Shown in pieces: positions 1-11,915 of a stretch of DNA of 64,000 nucleotides. A program made the position numbers and the translations under genes. The number at the start of each line of letters is the position of its first letter. Positions within the stretch are counted from its first letter, which is position 1. The stretch covers positions 248,001 through 312,000 of the forward strand of contig CP060770.1 in the NCBI GenBank assembly GCA_023205875.1. Direction: 5' to 3'. Under the pieces are notes generated by a model, which saw only the letters and a list, made by a program, of their open reading frames with translations, ran no database searches and was not told the origin of the DNA. Source of the DNA: Chloropicon primus (Eukaryota).

Positions 1-440
1 CCCCCTTTCTTCTCAGCCACTCTTTGAGCTCCTTGATGCTGTACTCATCGAATTGGGGCGAGGACCTCGACCCTGACGAGGATCCAGCGCCACTGGCATC
101 ACCCGACCCTCTCTTCCTCTTCCTCTCCCTCTCCCTCTCCCCGTCCATCCTTCCTGCCAAGCTCTCGTTCTCGTCCAAACTAAAACCAGGAGGTGGCACC
201 TTTGGGTCACCCGAAAGGGTCCGAATGAGGACACAACCAAGCGATCCGCATACCAAGCTTCCCAATCTCTCCTTCCCTTCACCGCTCCCTCGTCCTCCAC
301 GCGGCAACAGCTGCGAGCCCGAGTCTGGGCTCTCCCTTCCCGTCTTCCCAAGCCCTTCACCCAGCCTCAACTCCTTCCTTGGAGAAGAAAATCGGTCATG
401 CGACCACTCAAACGAAAGAACACAAGACGACAATTCGCTC
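1..440 (-). CDS. Partial exon of a gene running off the left edge; SAP/LEM-like motif at the edge
   Basis: My minus-strand translation is open from a GTATAG acceptor-like site at ~441 to base 1: ...LSFEWSHDRFSSPRKELRLG...VLIRTLSGDPKVPPPGF...FDEYSIKELKEWLRRKG. It is absent from the ORF track because there is no stop inside the window. Confidence 0.45.
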
Positions 441-899
441 TATACCTCGTTTGCTCCCTCCCTCTCTCCCCCTCGCCGCTAATCGTCCCCTCCCTTCAAA
501 CGCTTCGGCCTCCCTTCGTCTTCCTCATCCAATGGAAACACTTCTCGGGAGCCATCCCGGGCGCCAAATGGGTCGAGTGAGAGCTCTTTAGAAAGACCAA
601 GAGACGGAGCGTCGTTCTACGGTCCCCTCTTGTCCTCTTTCTCCCATCCCCGTCGACCAAACCTTCGAACACCTTGTTCTCCTGCCTGGAAGGAAGCTGC
701 TTCGCGCCAAAAAGTGACAGACGTCCTAAACGAAGAGGAGAGGCAGAAGAGCGCGAGGCGTGGAGTGCGTTAGCGGGCGGCGAGGGTCGAGAGAGGGGAA
801 AGGGACCAGTCGAGGAGAATCTTCATCCCTTCCTCTTTCCAAAGAGCCCTCGGTCGAGTATTATGGCGTCCTAGTGAGCCAGCGAAGGGAAGGCGGAAG

Positions 900-2910
900 A
901 TGGCGGGAAAGAGTTTGCTCTCTGCAATCCTCGCTGCTTCGGAGAGGAAGAGGACGAGGGAGGATGGGAGCGGAGGCCAACGCCGCGAGGGAAGGGTCCA
1001 GCCCTCCTCGATGCTCTCCTCCTCCTTCGGGTCGAGAGCGAAGGGGAGTGAACCCAGAACCAGCGAGGCATCACCATCATCACCATCATCACCAGCACCA
1101 GCACCACCAGCAGGAGGAGGAGGAGGAGGAGGAGGAGGAGGTTGTTTGTGCAAGAAGGATCGTGAGACGTTTTATGGCAGGAGGTGGGAGGATCAGCTTT
1201 GCAAGAAGGGAGTGCCAGGCCACCTGTTTGCCTTCTTTCGATCCTGTTGGGAGTTTCAGAGGGAGGAACTTGGCCAGGTGAGTCACGGACGACGTCGTCG
1301 GGTCGGTAGAGGACTTTGCAGACCTGACGTTCTCTGCTTGTATCGTTCGTTCCAGTCCTCCCCTTTGTCTTCTTCCGTGTTCAGCGATCCCTTCAAGACC
1401 TTCTCGAGGCAGAAGCAAATGTTCCAGTGGGTGGATGGGTTGGGGGCAACGGAGAAGCGGAGCGTGAAGTACTTCACCTTTGAGACCAGCGTGGTGAGAT
1501 CGGCCTCCTCCTCATTCTCGTCGTCGCAGGAGCACAGGAGGACGAAGAGGGTATTCCTGGCAACGACTTTGAGGCGGTTCTGGAGGCACTACAGCATTAT
1601 GCCAGCATTGTCTAGGCATCACTACGGTGAGATTATCCTTCGGGCGAAGAGCCTGAATCCCGGGCGAGCTTGTTCTGACGACGTTCTCTCTCTCTCTCTC
1701 TCTCTTCCTGCGCTTCAGAACTCATCAGAGAAGGGGAGCCTTGCTCCATGTATTTCGATTTGGAGTTTGCGGTGAAGCACAACGCCGGCCTCACCGCTCA
1801 GGGGGATCATCTCGTGGACGTCGTCCTGGAGCTAACCGCGCGTGAGCTACTCGAACGCTTCGGTCTCGGGATCGACTTGGGGAAGGACGTGGTCGAGCTG
1901 GATTCCTCGACAGAAACGAAATGGAGCCGGCACTTGATCATCCACTGGTAAGTTTAGAGTCCCTTCCTCGGGAACCCGATCAAATCCTCTCTGCTGTTGC
2001 CTGACTCTGCTCCCGTTGTTGCAGTGGCGGGAACTCTCTGTTGGCTTCCAACGCCCACGCCGGAGCTATAGCTCTGTCGGTGGTGAACCGATTGTTTTCG
2101 AAACTCGAAGAGGATGGTGGCGACAGGTACAGGAGCCTCCTTGTTCGCAATGGCGAGGGCGCGGAGACTCCGCTGATTGATCTGAGCGTCTACTCGAGGA
2201 ACAGGACCTTCAGAATTTTCAAGTCGAGCAAATTCGGGAAGCACGCGGAGCTGCGGTCCACCAGCCGTTTTGTGGGAGGGGATTACCTGAAGGAAGAGGC
2301 TGGCCAGGTAAACGCAGATCAGAAAGACAAGACCTTTTTCCTCAGCAGCCTTGTTTGTGGCCAATGCCCGAAGGAGAAGAAACTCTTGCACTGCGAGGAG
2401 GTTCTTAGGGTAGCCTCAGAATCAAAGCCATTCAATCCAACGAGCCGTTCCAATGCCAGGGCGGGTTGCGCGTCCGCTCCAGCGAGGATCGAGGAGGGCG
2501 ATGGACATTTGGCGAAGTTTCCATTGCTGGCAAGCTTCATCGCGAGGACAATGAGTCCCGATGGCCAGCCCCTGGGAAGGATCCGGTCGCACGTTCACTT
2601 TGTAGAATCCGGGACAATCATTCTGAACCTCGCGACGAATCGGTACTGCTCTCGCATCAAGAGGCAGCACAAGTCCAACGGAGTGTTCCTGGTCGTAGAT
2701 TGCAGCTTGGGTTACTGGTGGCAAAAGTGTTACGACCCGGATTGCAGGAGTTACCGTGGCGACCCCCAGGCGCTTCCTTTGGACGTTCTCGTTGAAGTCT
2801 CCGAAGAGATTCAGCAAGTCGCGGAGGACGAAGACTTTCTGAGAGCGATCGACGAGATCGAGGAGAGGCACTTGCACTGCCAAAACAAACATGTTGTAAG
2901 TAAATATTAA
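900..2910 (+). CDS. PRIMPOL: PrimPol DNA primase-polymerase (AEP domain plus UL52-type Zn finger), 3 introns (1278-1355, 1627-1718, 1948-2024)
   Basis: Splicing joins HHY-E-LIREGEPCSMYFDLEF (DxE motif), KWSRHLII (SxH), DLSVYSRNRTFR and the C-terminal RYC..IKRQHKSN...QKCYDPDC Zn finger. All introns are GT..AG with CTGAC branch points and preserve frame. Confidence 0.92.
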
Positions 2911-2930
2911 TAACATTGTATTAACAATTA

Positions 2931-5117
2931 TCAACTGAAACTCAGCGTGAGCTTCAGAGATCCTTCCTCCTCGGGACCCACGTTAACTGCGAGCTTCACT
3001 GGACTTTTTTGTGCTTCCTCGATCGACTCCTGGCTCACCTCCTCTACGAGATTATCCACGAGGTCGTCGATATTGTCTGAGCTCAACTCCTCGATAAGGC
3101 CGTCCACCAGGCTGTCGATGTATTGGCTGTTTTCGTCTGTCTGACCCTCCAGAGGTTCCTCTCCCATCATTTGGTCGGGGCTCTCTTCCGCCAAGTCCGG
3201 GTTGAGAGGGCCGAAGCCAGCTGAGCCTCGGCTCATCATTCCCATGGTGCCCCTGCTCGTCGCCCTGCTTGACGCGTTGGCAGTGGTCGCACGAGAGGTG
3301 CTGCCGCTCGTGCTCGGCGGCGTGTCGTACAAGCCGTTCACCCGATCCATCTCAGCCCACTTGTCTTGCCCCTCGTACAGAAGAACCGTCTGCTGCTTGG
3401 CATCGTGAATGGCCAAGATGTCCAAGAGCTCGGCAAAGTGCACTCCCAAGATGGCATCTTTCTCCACCTCCTCGGGCACGGAGACGATCGCAGGCAAGTC
3501 CTGCTCCTTCTTGGTCTGCAACTCCTCGATGAGGTCCAACCGCCTCTCCTTGCCGCTGTACATCTCGTTCTGGGTCGCCCTGCCCCTCAGGAGCCTCTGA
3601 AGGAGAATGATGGCGTTCTCGCTCGCCACTTGGTTTGGATCCGGAATCTCCACCATCACCACCTCCTCCTTCTCCAGCTGGACCTTCTTCTTCTTCTTGA
3701 CCTGTTCGAGGGCAGACGGCGCGGATGCCTTCTGCTGGTTCGTCGCAGCGAGTGGCTGCGGCCAGCAAGAACCGATGCCCCTCCTGCCGTTGTCCTCCTT
3801 GCTCTTCTCCAAGAGATCCATCACGTGCTCAAGCTGCTTGGTCACCACCTTGGCTGCCTTCTGCCCCAAGTCCCTGTCCTTGTGGCCAGGGATGTCATTG
3901 GCCTTCTCGTTCTGCAACGCCCTGTACTCCTCCGGAGCGAGAGACTCGAAGTTCAGAGTGTTCTGCATGGAAACGAAGTTGGTGATCTCGCGCGGCTGGT
4001 AAGGCACCGGATCGATCGTGGTCTCGTCCATCACGGCATCGGCGGCCTTGCCCTCCCTCGTGAGGGGGGCGTAGACCTTGCTGCCGTAGTTGGCGTACTC
4101 CTCTGCCCTCGTGGGCTTCTCTGGCTTGAATGCGGAGAACTGCCTCTTCTTCTCCAGCTTCCTCATCGTCTTGATTCGCCTCTTCTGGATGTCAGCGAGC
4201 AGGGACTGGTTGTCCGCGATCTTCTGCCTCTCCAGCTTCTCCAGCCTCTTCTTCGTCTCGGCCTCCAGCCTCCTCTCCCTCTTCAGCAGCTGCTGCTCCA
4301 TCTTGTCCAGCCTCTCGTCCTGGACGATCTTGATCTCATTCTCGCGGTACGCCCACTCCTTGGACTCCCACTCGTCCAGCATGCGCTTCCTGACGTGAAT
4401 CTTGGATTGGTCCGACAATGGAGGCAAGCTCGCCTCGAAAGCACGCTTCTCTCTCATTTTCTCGATCTTCTGCACCTCGTACAAGCCCACCGGAAGCTGA
4501 AGCTTCTCGTCCGTGCCGTACTTGAAGTCCTTGAGGGTGAGCACCTCAGGCATGCCATTCAGATGGAACTTGTCGTCCAGCTTCTGCTGCTTCAGGGACA
4601 TGTCCTTGGGCAACACGTAGTCCGGCTCGTAAGGCTGCGTCTGCGTCTCCATCTCACGGTAGTCCGACTGCGTGCCGAACGTCCGGGACAACTTGGGCAG
4701 GCCCACAGGCTTCACCTCGTTGTCTGGAATGGGGTCCTGCGGCTCAAGCACGACGTTTGGTGGCGGCTGATCCAGCATCTGGTTGCTTGGTGCATAGAGC
4801 GGCCGCCTGAAGAACATGTACCGGTTGTTCCCACTCACGCGGTCCGCGTTTGACTTGTGTGTTACCTCTGCCAACGTCGCCGAAGCGTTGCCTTGGAACT
4901 CCCGGTTCACCGTGGGTGGCACCTTGTCCACATTGCGAAAGCGAACAGTCTGTGACGGATACGTCGGTATCTCACTGAACAGGTTGCCATACTGAGGCAC
5001 ACGTTCCAGGGTGAACCCGCCTGCTCTTGCCTGGTCGCGGTAAAAGTCTCTCGAGCCCGACACCGTATAGTCCTTGTCGTACAACGAGTCATAAGCTCTC
5101 GTCGGTTGGGACGTCAT
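2931..5117 (-). CDS. CFAP91: Cilia- and flagella-associated protein 91 (MAATS1/FAP91)
   Basis: TQSDYREMETQTQPYEPDYV, PEVLTL, GLYEVQKIEKMREKRAFEASLPPL, EWESKEWAYRENEI and IQ-like ILLQRLLRGRATQ. First ATG at 5117. Confidence 0.88.
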   Translation of the reverse strand: MTSQPTRAYDSLYDKDYTVSGSRDFYRDQARAGGFTLERVPQYGNLFSEIPTYPSQTVRFRNVDKVPPTVNREFQGNASATLAEVTHKSNADRVSGNNRYMFFRRPLYAPSNQMLDQPPPNVVLEPQDPIPDNEVKPVGLPKLSRTFGTQSDYREMETQTQPYEPDYVLPKDMSLKQQKLDDKFHLNGMPEVLTLKDFKYGTDEKLQLPVGLYEVQKIEKMREKRAFEASLPPLSDQSKIHVRKRMLDEWESKEWAYRENEIKIVQDERLDKMEQQLLKRERRLEAETKKRLEKLERQKIADNQSLLADIQKRRIKTMRKLEKKRQFSAFKPEKPTRAEEYANYGSKVYAPLTREGKAADAVMDETTIDPVPYQPREITNFVSMQNTLNFESLAPEEYRALQNEKANDIPGHKDRDLGQKAAKVVTKQLEHVMDLLEKSKEDNGRRGIGSCWPQPLAATNQQKASAPSALEQVKKKKKVQLEKEEVVMVEIPDPNQVASENAIILLQRLLRGRATQNEMYSGKERRLDLIEELQTKKEQDLPAIVSVPEEVEKDAILGVHFAELLDILAIHDAKQQTVLLYEGQDKWAEMDRVNGLYDTPPSTSGSTSRATTANASSRATSRGTMGMMSRGSAGFGPLNPDLAEESPDQMMGEEPLEGQTDENSQYIDSLVDGLIEELSSDNIDDLVDNLVEEVSQESIEEAQKSPVKLAVNVGPEEEGSLKLTLSFS

Positions 5118-6240
5118 CTTGATGTTACCCAATGGGGCAAGGAACTGGTGAGTTAAGAGAAGCTCTGCCTCCTCGGTAGGTCAACAACCTCTTCTGCTTC
5201 ACCAAGGTCCTTGGTGGCCACGAAGCCTCTGCTGTATCCTTATGGCCCCTCTCTCCACTCTCTCCCTCTCCACTCTCTCTCTCTCTCTCTCTTGGGCCGG
5301 CTCACCGAAGCCAATGGGTAATGAGGAGGGGACTCGTTCCAACGCCGGTCAACACCTTCCGCTTCCCTTGGCTCCTGCCTTGCACCCTATGCTCCTCCTC
5401 TCTCCACCCTGGCTCAAGGACTCTAATACCTTGGAGATGGAATCTTTCCAAGAATGCCGGGACCAAATCACAAGAGTGAGGGGTCTATGGAAAGGTACCG
5501 AGTTGCTCTACAATCTTGCGCAATCTTTTTGCGGTATCACTGCGTCTTTCCTCGTCAAAGGTGTCGTCCAAAGTGACCCCTTTGGCCCTCCGCCGGTGGC
5601 CTCGATCTCCCTAGAGTCAAATGAATTTTTGGTGAATTTCTCGAACGCGAGAAATCGGCACAAAAAAAACGCGGAAATGTTGAAGACACACTGGAAAATC
5701 TACTCTGGAAATCTTCGAAAAGAAACAAAAAAAAAAGGGAAAACGAAGGAGGAACCATTTAATGCGGGATTTCTACTGTGGGGCCCCCAAAATTGAAATT
5801 TTGACCGTAGCGTTCGATTATAGTGTTAACACGTGTACACTCGTTCTCCATTTTTGAGAGAGAGAGAGTGAGAGTGGCTGAGGGCTAGAGAGGTTTGAAG
5901 ACAAGTCGGCGCCTTTTCAAGGGTTTCTGGTCGACAAGAGGGAGGAGGAAACCGCATTGTTCGATAGATCATCTTCTTCTCTTTTGAATGAGCCCCTCCT
6001 GAACGATTTTGGCTCTCGGACGGCTCGGCAAAAGTTGGTTGAAGGCATTGTTTCGTCTTGGCGAGTGAGGAGGCTTCAGAGGGAAGTCGGCGACGTCAAG
6101 GGAAGAGGTCGATATCGTGAACAACGGCATCAGAGAGATCATCTCACGATCTTTCGATTGATCGTTTCCTCGTTCGATTTGGCTTCGTACTCGATCCGCT
6201 GGAGTGTGATGATCAGCGAGTGAGCGCCAGCGTGGTCGCC

Positions 6241-8706
6241 ATGGGAGGAGCGAAGAAGAGGAGGCCGGAAGAGGCCGAGGAAGGGGATCCAGCGGTGAAG
6301 CGGCTGAGGGTGACGATCAGGAGGCCCAAGGAGGATGCTGCCCGAGATTCAAGCCATTTGGACGAATGGAGCGACGAGGAGGGGGAGAGAACTTCGTACT
6401 CGTTTCTGGACCTGGCACTGAAGCCGGACCACAGGAACAGGCCGGTGTGGGTGACGCCGGACAGGAGGGTGTTCTTGGAAAGCTTCTCGCCCCTTTACCG
6501 CCAGGCCTACGACTTTTTGATTGCGATTGCCGAGCCGGTGAGTCGACCCCAGTGCGTGCACGAGTACATGCTCACGGCGCACTCGCTCTACGCGGCGGTG
6601 TCCATAGGCTTGGACGCGGACACGATCGTCAAGGTGCTCGGCAAGCTGTCCAAGGTGAGCGTGTCGAAGAGCTTGGCTGATTTCGTCCACGTCACCACGC
6701 AGAACTGCGGGAAGCTAAAGCTCGTGATTCAGGACAACAAGTTCTTGCTCGAGTCCCCGTACCCAGAAGTGCTGAGAGAGATCGTGAAGGACGAGGTCAT
6801 CGCCAAGGCCGTCAAGGACAAGAGCTTGCTGGCGAGGATCTTGGGCAAGGGCGAGGGGGCGGAGGCAGCGGGCGGCGGGGGCCAAGAAGCCGGGGCGGCC
6901 GCGGATTTTATCGTCAAGAAAGACGTGGGGAAGGGCAAGGTGGCGGACGAGATCACTGCGATTGATTTGGAGGGCGATGAAATCGAAGAGATCTTCGACG
7001 AGAGGGGGGGGGGAAAGGCCGCGGAAAGGGGCGGCGGTTTCACCCACGCCATCGAAATCCTGCCGAGCATGATCGAGCACGTGAAGCAGAGGTGCTTGCC
7101 GGGGAGCGGGAGTCTGAACTACCCCATCCTCGAGGAGTACGACTTCCAGAACGACAAGAAGAACCCGGACCTCCTCATGGAGCTCAAGCCAACGGCCAAG
7201 CTCAGGAGCTACCAGCAGAAGTCTCTCAGCAAGATGTTCTCGAATGGAAGGGCCCGGAGTGGCGTCATCGTGCTGCCTTGCGGCGCAGGCAAGTCCCTCA
7301 CGGGCGTGGCCGCCGCGAGCAGGGTGAAGAAGTCGATCATATGCCTGTGCCTCAACTCCGTTTCCGTGGACCAGTGGAGGCACCAGTTCTTGCTTTGGAC
7401 GAATCTGCAGGAGCACCAGGTCACCAAGTTCACCGCAGAGAACAAGCAAATGTTTGCGACCGACTCTGGCGTGCTTGTCACGACCTACTCGATGCTGACG
7501 CACGAGGGAAGAAGGTCGGAGGAGGCCTCGAGGATACTCAGGGAGATGCAGTCCAAGGAGTGGGGGCTTATGCTGCTGGACGAGGTCCACGTGGTGCCGG
7601 CGGAAACGTTCAGGAAGGTCATCGCCATCGTCAAGTCCCACTGCAAGCTAGGTCTCACCGCGACCCTTGTGAGGGAGGACAACCTCATCGATCACCTGAA
7701 TTTCCTCATCGGGCCCAAGCTGTACGAGGCAAACTGGCTTGACTTGGTGAGCCAGGGCTACCTCGCCAACGTCCAGTGCGCGGAGGTGTGGTGCGAGATG
7801 ACAAAGGAATTCTTTGCCGAGTACTTGAAGAAGGACAACAGGAGAAGGAGGGAGTTGCTTTATGTGATGAACCCTATCAAGTTCATGACCTGCCAGTTCC
7901 TCATCGAGTACCACGAGCAGCACAGGAGGGACAAGGTCATCGTGTTCAGCGACAACATTTTTGCCCTGCGCGAGTACGCCATGAAGCTGAGGAGGCCTTT
8001 CATTTACGGTGCCACGGCTCATAACGAGAGGACGAGGATCTTGCACCACTTCAAGCACTCGAGCGAAGTGAACACCATCTTCATCTCCAGGGTCGGGGAC
8101 AATTCGATTGACATTCCCGAAGCCAACGTCATCATTCAGATCGCGTCGCACGCTGGTGCGAGGAGGCAAGAGGCCCAAAGGCTAGGAAGAATTCTTAGGC
8201 CCAAGCAATCCATGGCGATTGGTTCCGGGAACACCGGCGAGTTCAACGCCTTTTTCTACTCTCTGGTCTCGAAAGACACGCAAGAGATGTTCTACTCCAC
8301 CAAACGGCAGCAATTCCTCATCGATCAGGGTTACGCGTTCAAGGTTGTCACGGGGCTGTTGGACAACATGGACAAGGCCGAGTACGACAGGCTCTCGTAT
8401 TCCAAGAGGGAGGACCAGATAGACCTCTTGTCGAGGATATTGACCGTGGGGGAGGCTGACCAGGGAGACGAAGTGCTGGCGACGGACAAGGAGCAGCAGA
8501 TTCAAGAGAAGAACTTGCTTTCTGCGGCGAGAAGAAACGTCTCTTCCCTGGCCGGCCTTTCTGGTGCCCGGGGCATGACTTACATGGAGTACCAGACGGG
8601 AACCCAGCCCAAGCAGCTGTCGGAGGCGCAAAAGAGGAGGAACAAGATCAACCCTTACAAGGAGAGGCACCACCTCTTCAAATTCAGGAAAAAGTACCAG
8701 AGGTGA
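6241..8706 (+). CDS. XPB: TFIIH helicase/translocase subunit XPB
   Basis: LESFSPLYRQAYDFLIAIAEPVSRP, RSGVIVLPCGAGKSL (motif I), LLDEVH, LGLTATLVRED, RRQEAQRLGRILR. Confidence 0.98.
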   Translation: MGGAKKRRPEEAEEGDPAVKRLRVTIRRPKEDAARDSSHLDEWSDEEGERTSYSFLDLALKPDHRNRPVWVTPDRRVFLESFSPLYRQAYDFLIAIAEPVSRPQCVHEYMLTAHSLYAAVSIGLDADTIVKVLGKLSKVSVSKSLADFVHVTTQNCGKLKLVIQDNKFLLESPYPEVLREIVKDEVIAKAVKDKSLLARILGKGEGAEAAGGGGQEAGAAADFIVKKDVGKGKVADEITAIDLEGDEIEEIFDERGGGKAAERGGGFTHAIEILPSMIEHVKQRCLPGSGSLNYPILEEYDFQNDKKNPDLLMELKPTAKLRSYQQKSLSKMFSNGRARSGVIVLPCGAGKSLTGVAAASRVKKSIICLCLNSVSVDQWRHQFLLWTNLQEHQVTKFTAENKQMFATDSGVLVTTYSMLTHEGRRSEEASRILREMQSKEWGLMLLDEVHVVPAETFRKVIAIVKSHCKLGLTATLVREDNLIDHLNFLIGPKLYEANWLDLVSQGYLANVQCAEVWCEMTKEFFAEYLKKDNRRRRELLYVMNPIKFMTCQFLIEYHEQHRRDKVIVFSDNIFALREYAMKLRRPFIYGATAHNERTRILHHFKHSSEVNTIFISRVGDNSIDIPEANVIIQIASHAGARRQEAQRLGRILRPKQSMAIGSGNTGEFNAFFYSLVSKDTQEMFYSTKRQQFLIDQGYAFKVVTGLLDNMDKAEYDRLSYSKREDQIDLLSRILTVGEADQGDEVLATDKEQQIQEKNLLSAARRNVSSLAGLSGARGMTYMEYQTGTQPKQLSEAQKRRNKINPYKERHHLFKFRKKYQR

Positions 8707-8809
8707 TCACACCCGGCAAAGCTTCTTCTTCCTATTATTTCTCTGTAGATTACATTTACGTGTATACAAAGCTCTGCGTCCGTCCGTCCTTTGCGAAGGG
8801 CTGCCTTGG

Positions 8810-10162
8810 TCAACCCGAACCTTCCTTGATAGCTCGTAACTTGTGCAACAGAGCCAAGAAATCCTTGCACGACATGTCCTGCGGCCTTGTCTCTGGCTTG
8901 AGGCTCAAACTTTCCATCGCCGTGGCCACGGCCTCCCCCTCGTACATGTTCGAAGGGATGTTGTTCTTGACCATCTTCCTTCTCCTGCTGAAGCACTGGT
9001 TCACGAAAGTGTGGAATTGCTTGGCAGAGATCCCAGTTCCAGCGCTTTCCTCGTGTGCACCAGAGGAGAGAGAAAGCGCGCGTTCGTGGGGCATGATCTT
9101 GAAGTGAACCATCGCGCCGTCCACGTTCGGTGCCGGAAAGAAAGCCTTCCTGTCAATCTTGAAGAGGTACTCTCGGCCAGAGCAGAAGCAATCCACGAGA
9201 ACATTCATGGCTCTGTAGTTCGCATCGCCGACACTGCAGTTGCAAAGTCTGTGAGCGGCCTCGTCCTGCAGGAGCAGGTAGACGTCTCCGGAGGGCTCGG
9301 CGGACAAGGAGTCCTGCGCAGGGCGGAACAAGCTGTTGCACCTCGGCAGGAGGAACTTCAGAAGATCCGTCGTGATGTTGAAGGGGAGGTTCGCCACGAC
9401 CTTGTCGAATTTCCGCAACTGAGGTTTGCCTTCGCCGTCACCCCTCCCCTCCCTTTCCACTTGATCCCTCTGTGCCAGCCACCTCATCACATCGGCGTGT
9501 ACAATTCGAAGCTGCTTGCTTTCCAGCTCCTTCTCGAACTCCTTGGCGAAAGCCTCGAAAAGCCTGTCGTCCTTCTCCACGCACACCACCTCACAACCCT
9601 TGGCCAGCATGTACCTCGTCAAGTTCCCCGTCCCACTGCCTATCTCCAGCACCCTGTCCCCAGCACTGAGGTTCGCGTACGCAACAATCTTGTTCAGCAC
9701 TTTCTCTTGCACCATGAAGTTTTGTCCCAAGGATTTCTTCGCCCTGAAGTCCATCTTCCTCAAGTAAGCATCCGTCTTCTCAATCCCAGGCCAAAGCACT
9801 TTGGATGGATAGTACTCCTCATCCTGCTGGTCTGACACTGCACCACAGCGAAGGGTTGACTTCCGAGCACGACCACGTTCCCTTCCGAGGAGACCAAGAC
9901 CACCACCACGGCGTCCAGAGCAAGCTGAGGACCTAAACATGGTCTCTCTTCCTCTCCTCGTCAACCTTCGCGTGCCATGATGGCATGAGGACTGAAGCAT
10001 TGCATCAACATCATCATCAGCTTCATCAGCAGCAGCAGCGTGGGATGGAAACCGCTTGAGGATGGAAACGCGTCGTCTGTTTCCGTGAAAAAAAGAGGAG
10101 GAGGAGGAAGGGGTGAGATGACGGGAGGTGACGCGGTGTCGCGTCCTTCCGGTGCACGTCAT
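8810..10162 (-). CDS. KsgA/RsmA/Dim1-family rRNA adenine dimethyltransferase, probably plastid-targeted (PFC1-like)
   Basis: AKKSLGQNF, VLEIGSGTGNLT, VEKDDRL, KVVANLPFNITT, FFPAPNVDG, RRKM. Long Ser/Arg-rich N-terminal extension; exact start uncertain. Confidence 0.92.
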   Translation of the reverse strand: MTCTGRTRHRVTSRHLTPSSSSSFFHGNRRRVSILKRFPSHAAAADEADDDVDAMLQSSCHHGTRRLTRRGRETMFRSSACSGRRGGGLGLLGRERGRARKSTLRCGAVSDQQDEEYYPSKVLWPGIEKTDAYLRKMDFRAKKSLGQNFMVQEKVLNKIVAYANLSAGDRVLEIGSGTGNLTRYMLAKGCEVVCVEKDDRLFEAFAKEFEKELESKQLRIVHADVMRWLAQRDQVEREGRGDGEGKPQLRKFDKVVANLPFNITTDLLKFLLPRCNSLFRPAQDSLSAEPSGDVYLLLQDEAAHRLCNCSVGDANYRAMNVLVDCFCSGREYLFKIDRKAFFPAPNVDGAMVHFKIMPHERALSLSSGAHEESAGTGISAKQFHTFVNQCFSRRRKMVKNNIPSNMYEGEAVATAMESLSLKPETRPQDMSCKDFLALLHKLRAIKEGSG

Positions 10163-10579
10163 GGTCGCCGTCCCTCGTTCAGAAAGTGATTTCGATTTTA
10201 TCCAAAAAAAGGAAAAGGAGAGGAGAGGAGAAGAGGAAGAAAAAATTGGATTGGATTGGGATTGGATGGGATTGGGATGGGGCTTGGCTTGTGTGGAGGA
10301 TCCCAAAGCCTTCCTTTCCTTTCCTTTCACCCATTCCTCTCTTTCACTTTCTCGTTTTCTTTCTCTCTCAGCAGCAGCAGCAGCAGCAGTAGAAGAAGAA
10401 GAAGAAGAAGAAGAAGTTTTGAAGATCACCAAGATGAGGATAACGGATGATCCATTGCATTGCCATTGGATTGGATTGGATGGAGCTTGGCATGGGTATA
10501 CAAGCAGTTACTATTACACTACAAAGCAAGTGGGGAGAGCAAAAACGGGCCCTCGGGTCGACATGGTACGCGGTTGTAT

Positions 10580-11834
10580 CTATCCCGTCGCCTCCACGAC
10601 GTCTTTGATGAGTTTCGCCAGGACCTTCGCATCGTCCGATTCCGTGGACTTACTCTTCTCCCTAAGGGCATTCAAGACGCGCTTCTTTGTGTCCTCCTGC
10701 TCTTTCTTCCTCTTGGCAACGGCCTTGAGCTCTTGATCCAGAATTGCCGTGGGACTCACCTTCCCGGCCTCGTCTGAGCATGCATCCGAAGCAGGAGCTT
10801 GTGAAGGTGGTCCCGCAGGCGCCGCTCTCTTCGTCGCCTTGCTCCAAAACTCCATCGCGGGCTGAAGCATCATACCAACCAGGGTGGACTTCTTCTTTTT
10901 GGCAGGCGGCGCCGGAACCGGGTCGTCGGCAGCCTTGTGCGGCCTTTTGCACCCCTTTACTTTAACAGTGACCTTGTTTTCCTTTCCCCCTCCCCGGTGA
11001 TTCTGATTTGCTCTCTTCTTGTGTTCTCGTTGCTCTGGCCTCTGGCCTTTCTTGTCGCTGGTCAATTTTGGCTTGGGCTTTGAGCTTTCAAGCCCTTCCT
11101 TCATGTGGTCCCTGACGTCCAAGAGGTCCAAATCTATTTCCACGCCCGTTTCTTTCCTCCTCCTCGCGAGATCCCGCCGGAGCGCCGTCAGCTTGTCCTG
11201 TGATGGCTTAACGCGGTGCTTGTAAGCACAGTACGTGATCTCGCTGACAGCTTGCAAGTAAAGCTTTTTACTGCTCTCGTCCTTCATCCTGTGGAGCTTC
11301 TTTACAGCTCCTTCGATGGTTTTGTCGTTTCTGCTGCTGTCGCACCACAGCTTCATCATCCCTTGCAAGCGGATCACGAATACAACAAGTAACAGGACAG
11401 AGAGAAATAAACAGGTCAGAACGAATCGATCGGCCGAGGCAATGGCCCCACCCCGGGTGCGCGGATGCTCCCGAGTGGCGGTCACTCCACCGCAGTGTGG
11501 ACCGACACCTCCGCTGTCGTCGTCGTCGTCGTCGTCGTCGTCGTGCGTAGGCCACTTTACCTTTCTGGACGAATTCCCACGAACCATCGCCGTAAAATCG
11601 CACCAGGAACGTCTCAGTCGACTTCTTGTTCATCCTCAGCTTCGCCCTGTGGTCCTCCTGCACCTTGAGGACGTCAGCCTTGTCCAAGCCCAAAACAAGT
11701 TTCGAGAGATCTAGGGGTATGACTTGAGCTGGCCACATGGGAAACGGCTTGAGCTCGCACAAAACCAAGTCACCGTCATGAATTTCACTCGAGGAGGTGC
11801 TGGACTGTCCCTTCCCCCTCTCTCCGTCCGTCAT
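10580..11834 (-). CDS. PWWP-domain chromatin protein, one intron (11362-11560)
   Basis: GDLVLCELKPFPMWPAQV...FLVRFYGDGSWEFV is a PWWP signature. The GT..AG intron joins it in frame to the ORF ending at 10580 (KGMMKLW...LYLQAVSEI). Confidence 0.75.
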
Positions 11835-11859
11835 CCCCTTCACGTTGCTGTTGCAGTTG

Positions 11860-11908
<49 letters not shown>
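11860..11908. repeat. (GAT)n microsatellite
   Basis: About 16 perfect GAT units read directly. Confidence 0.9.
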
Positions 11909-11915
11909 CTATTCC

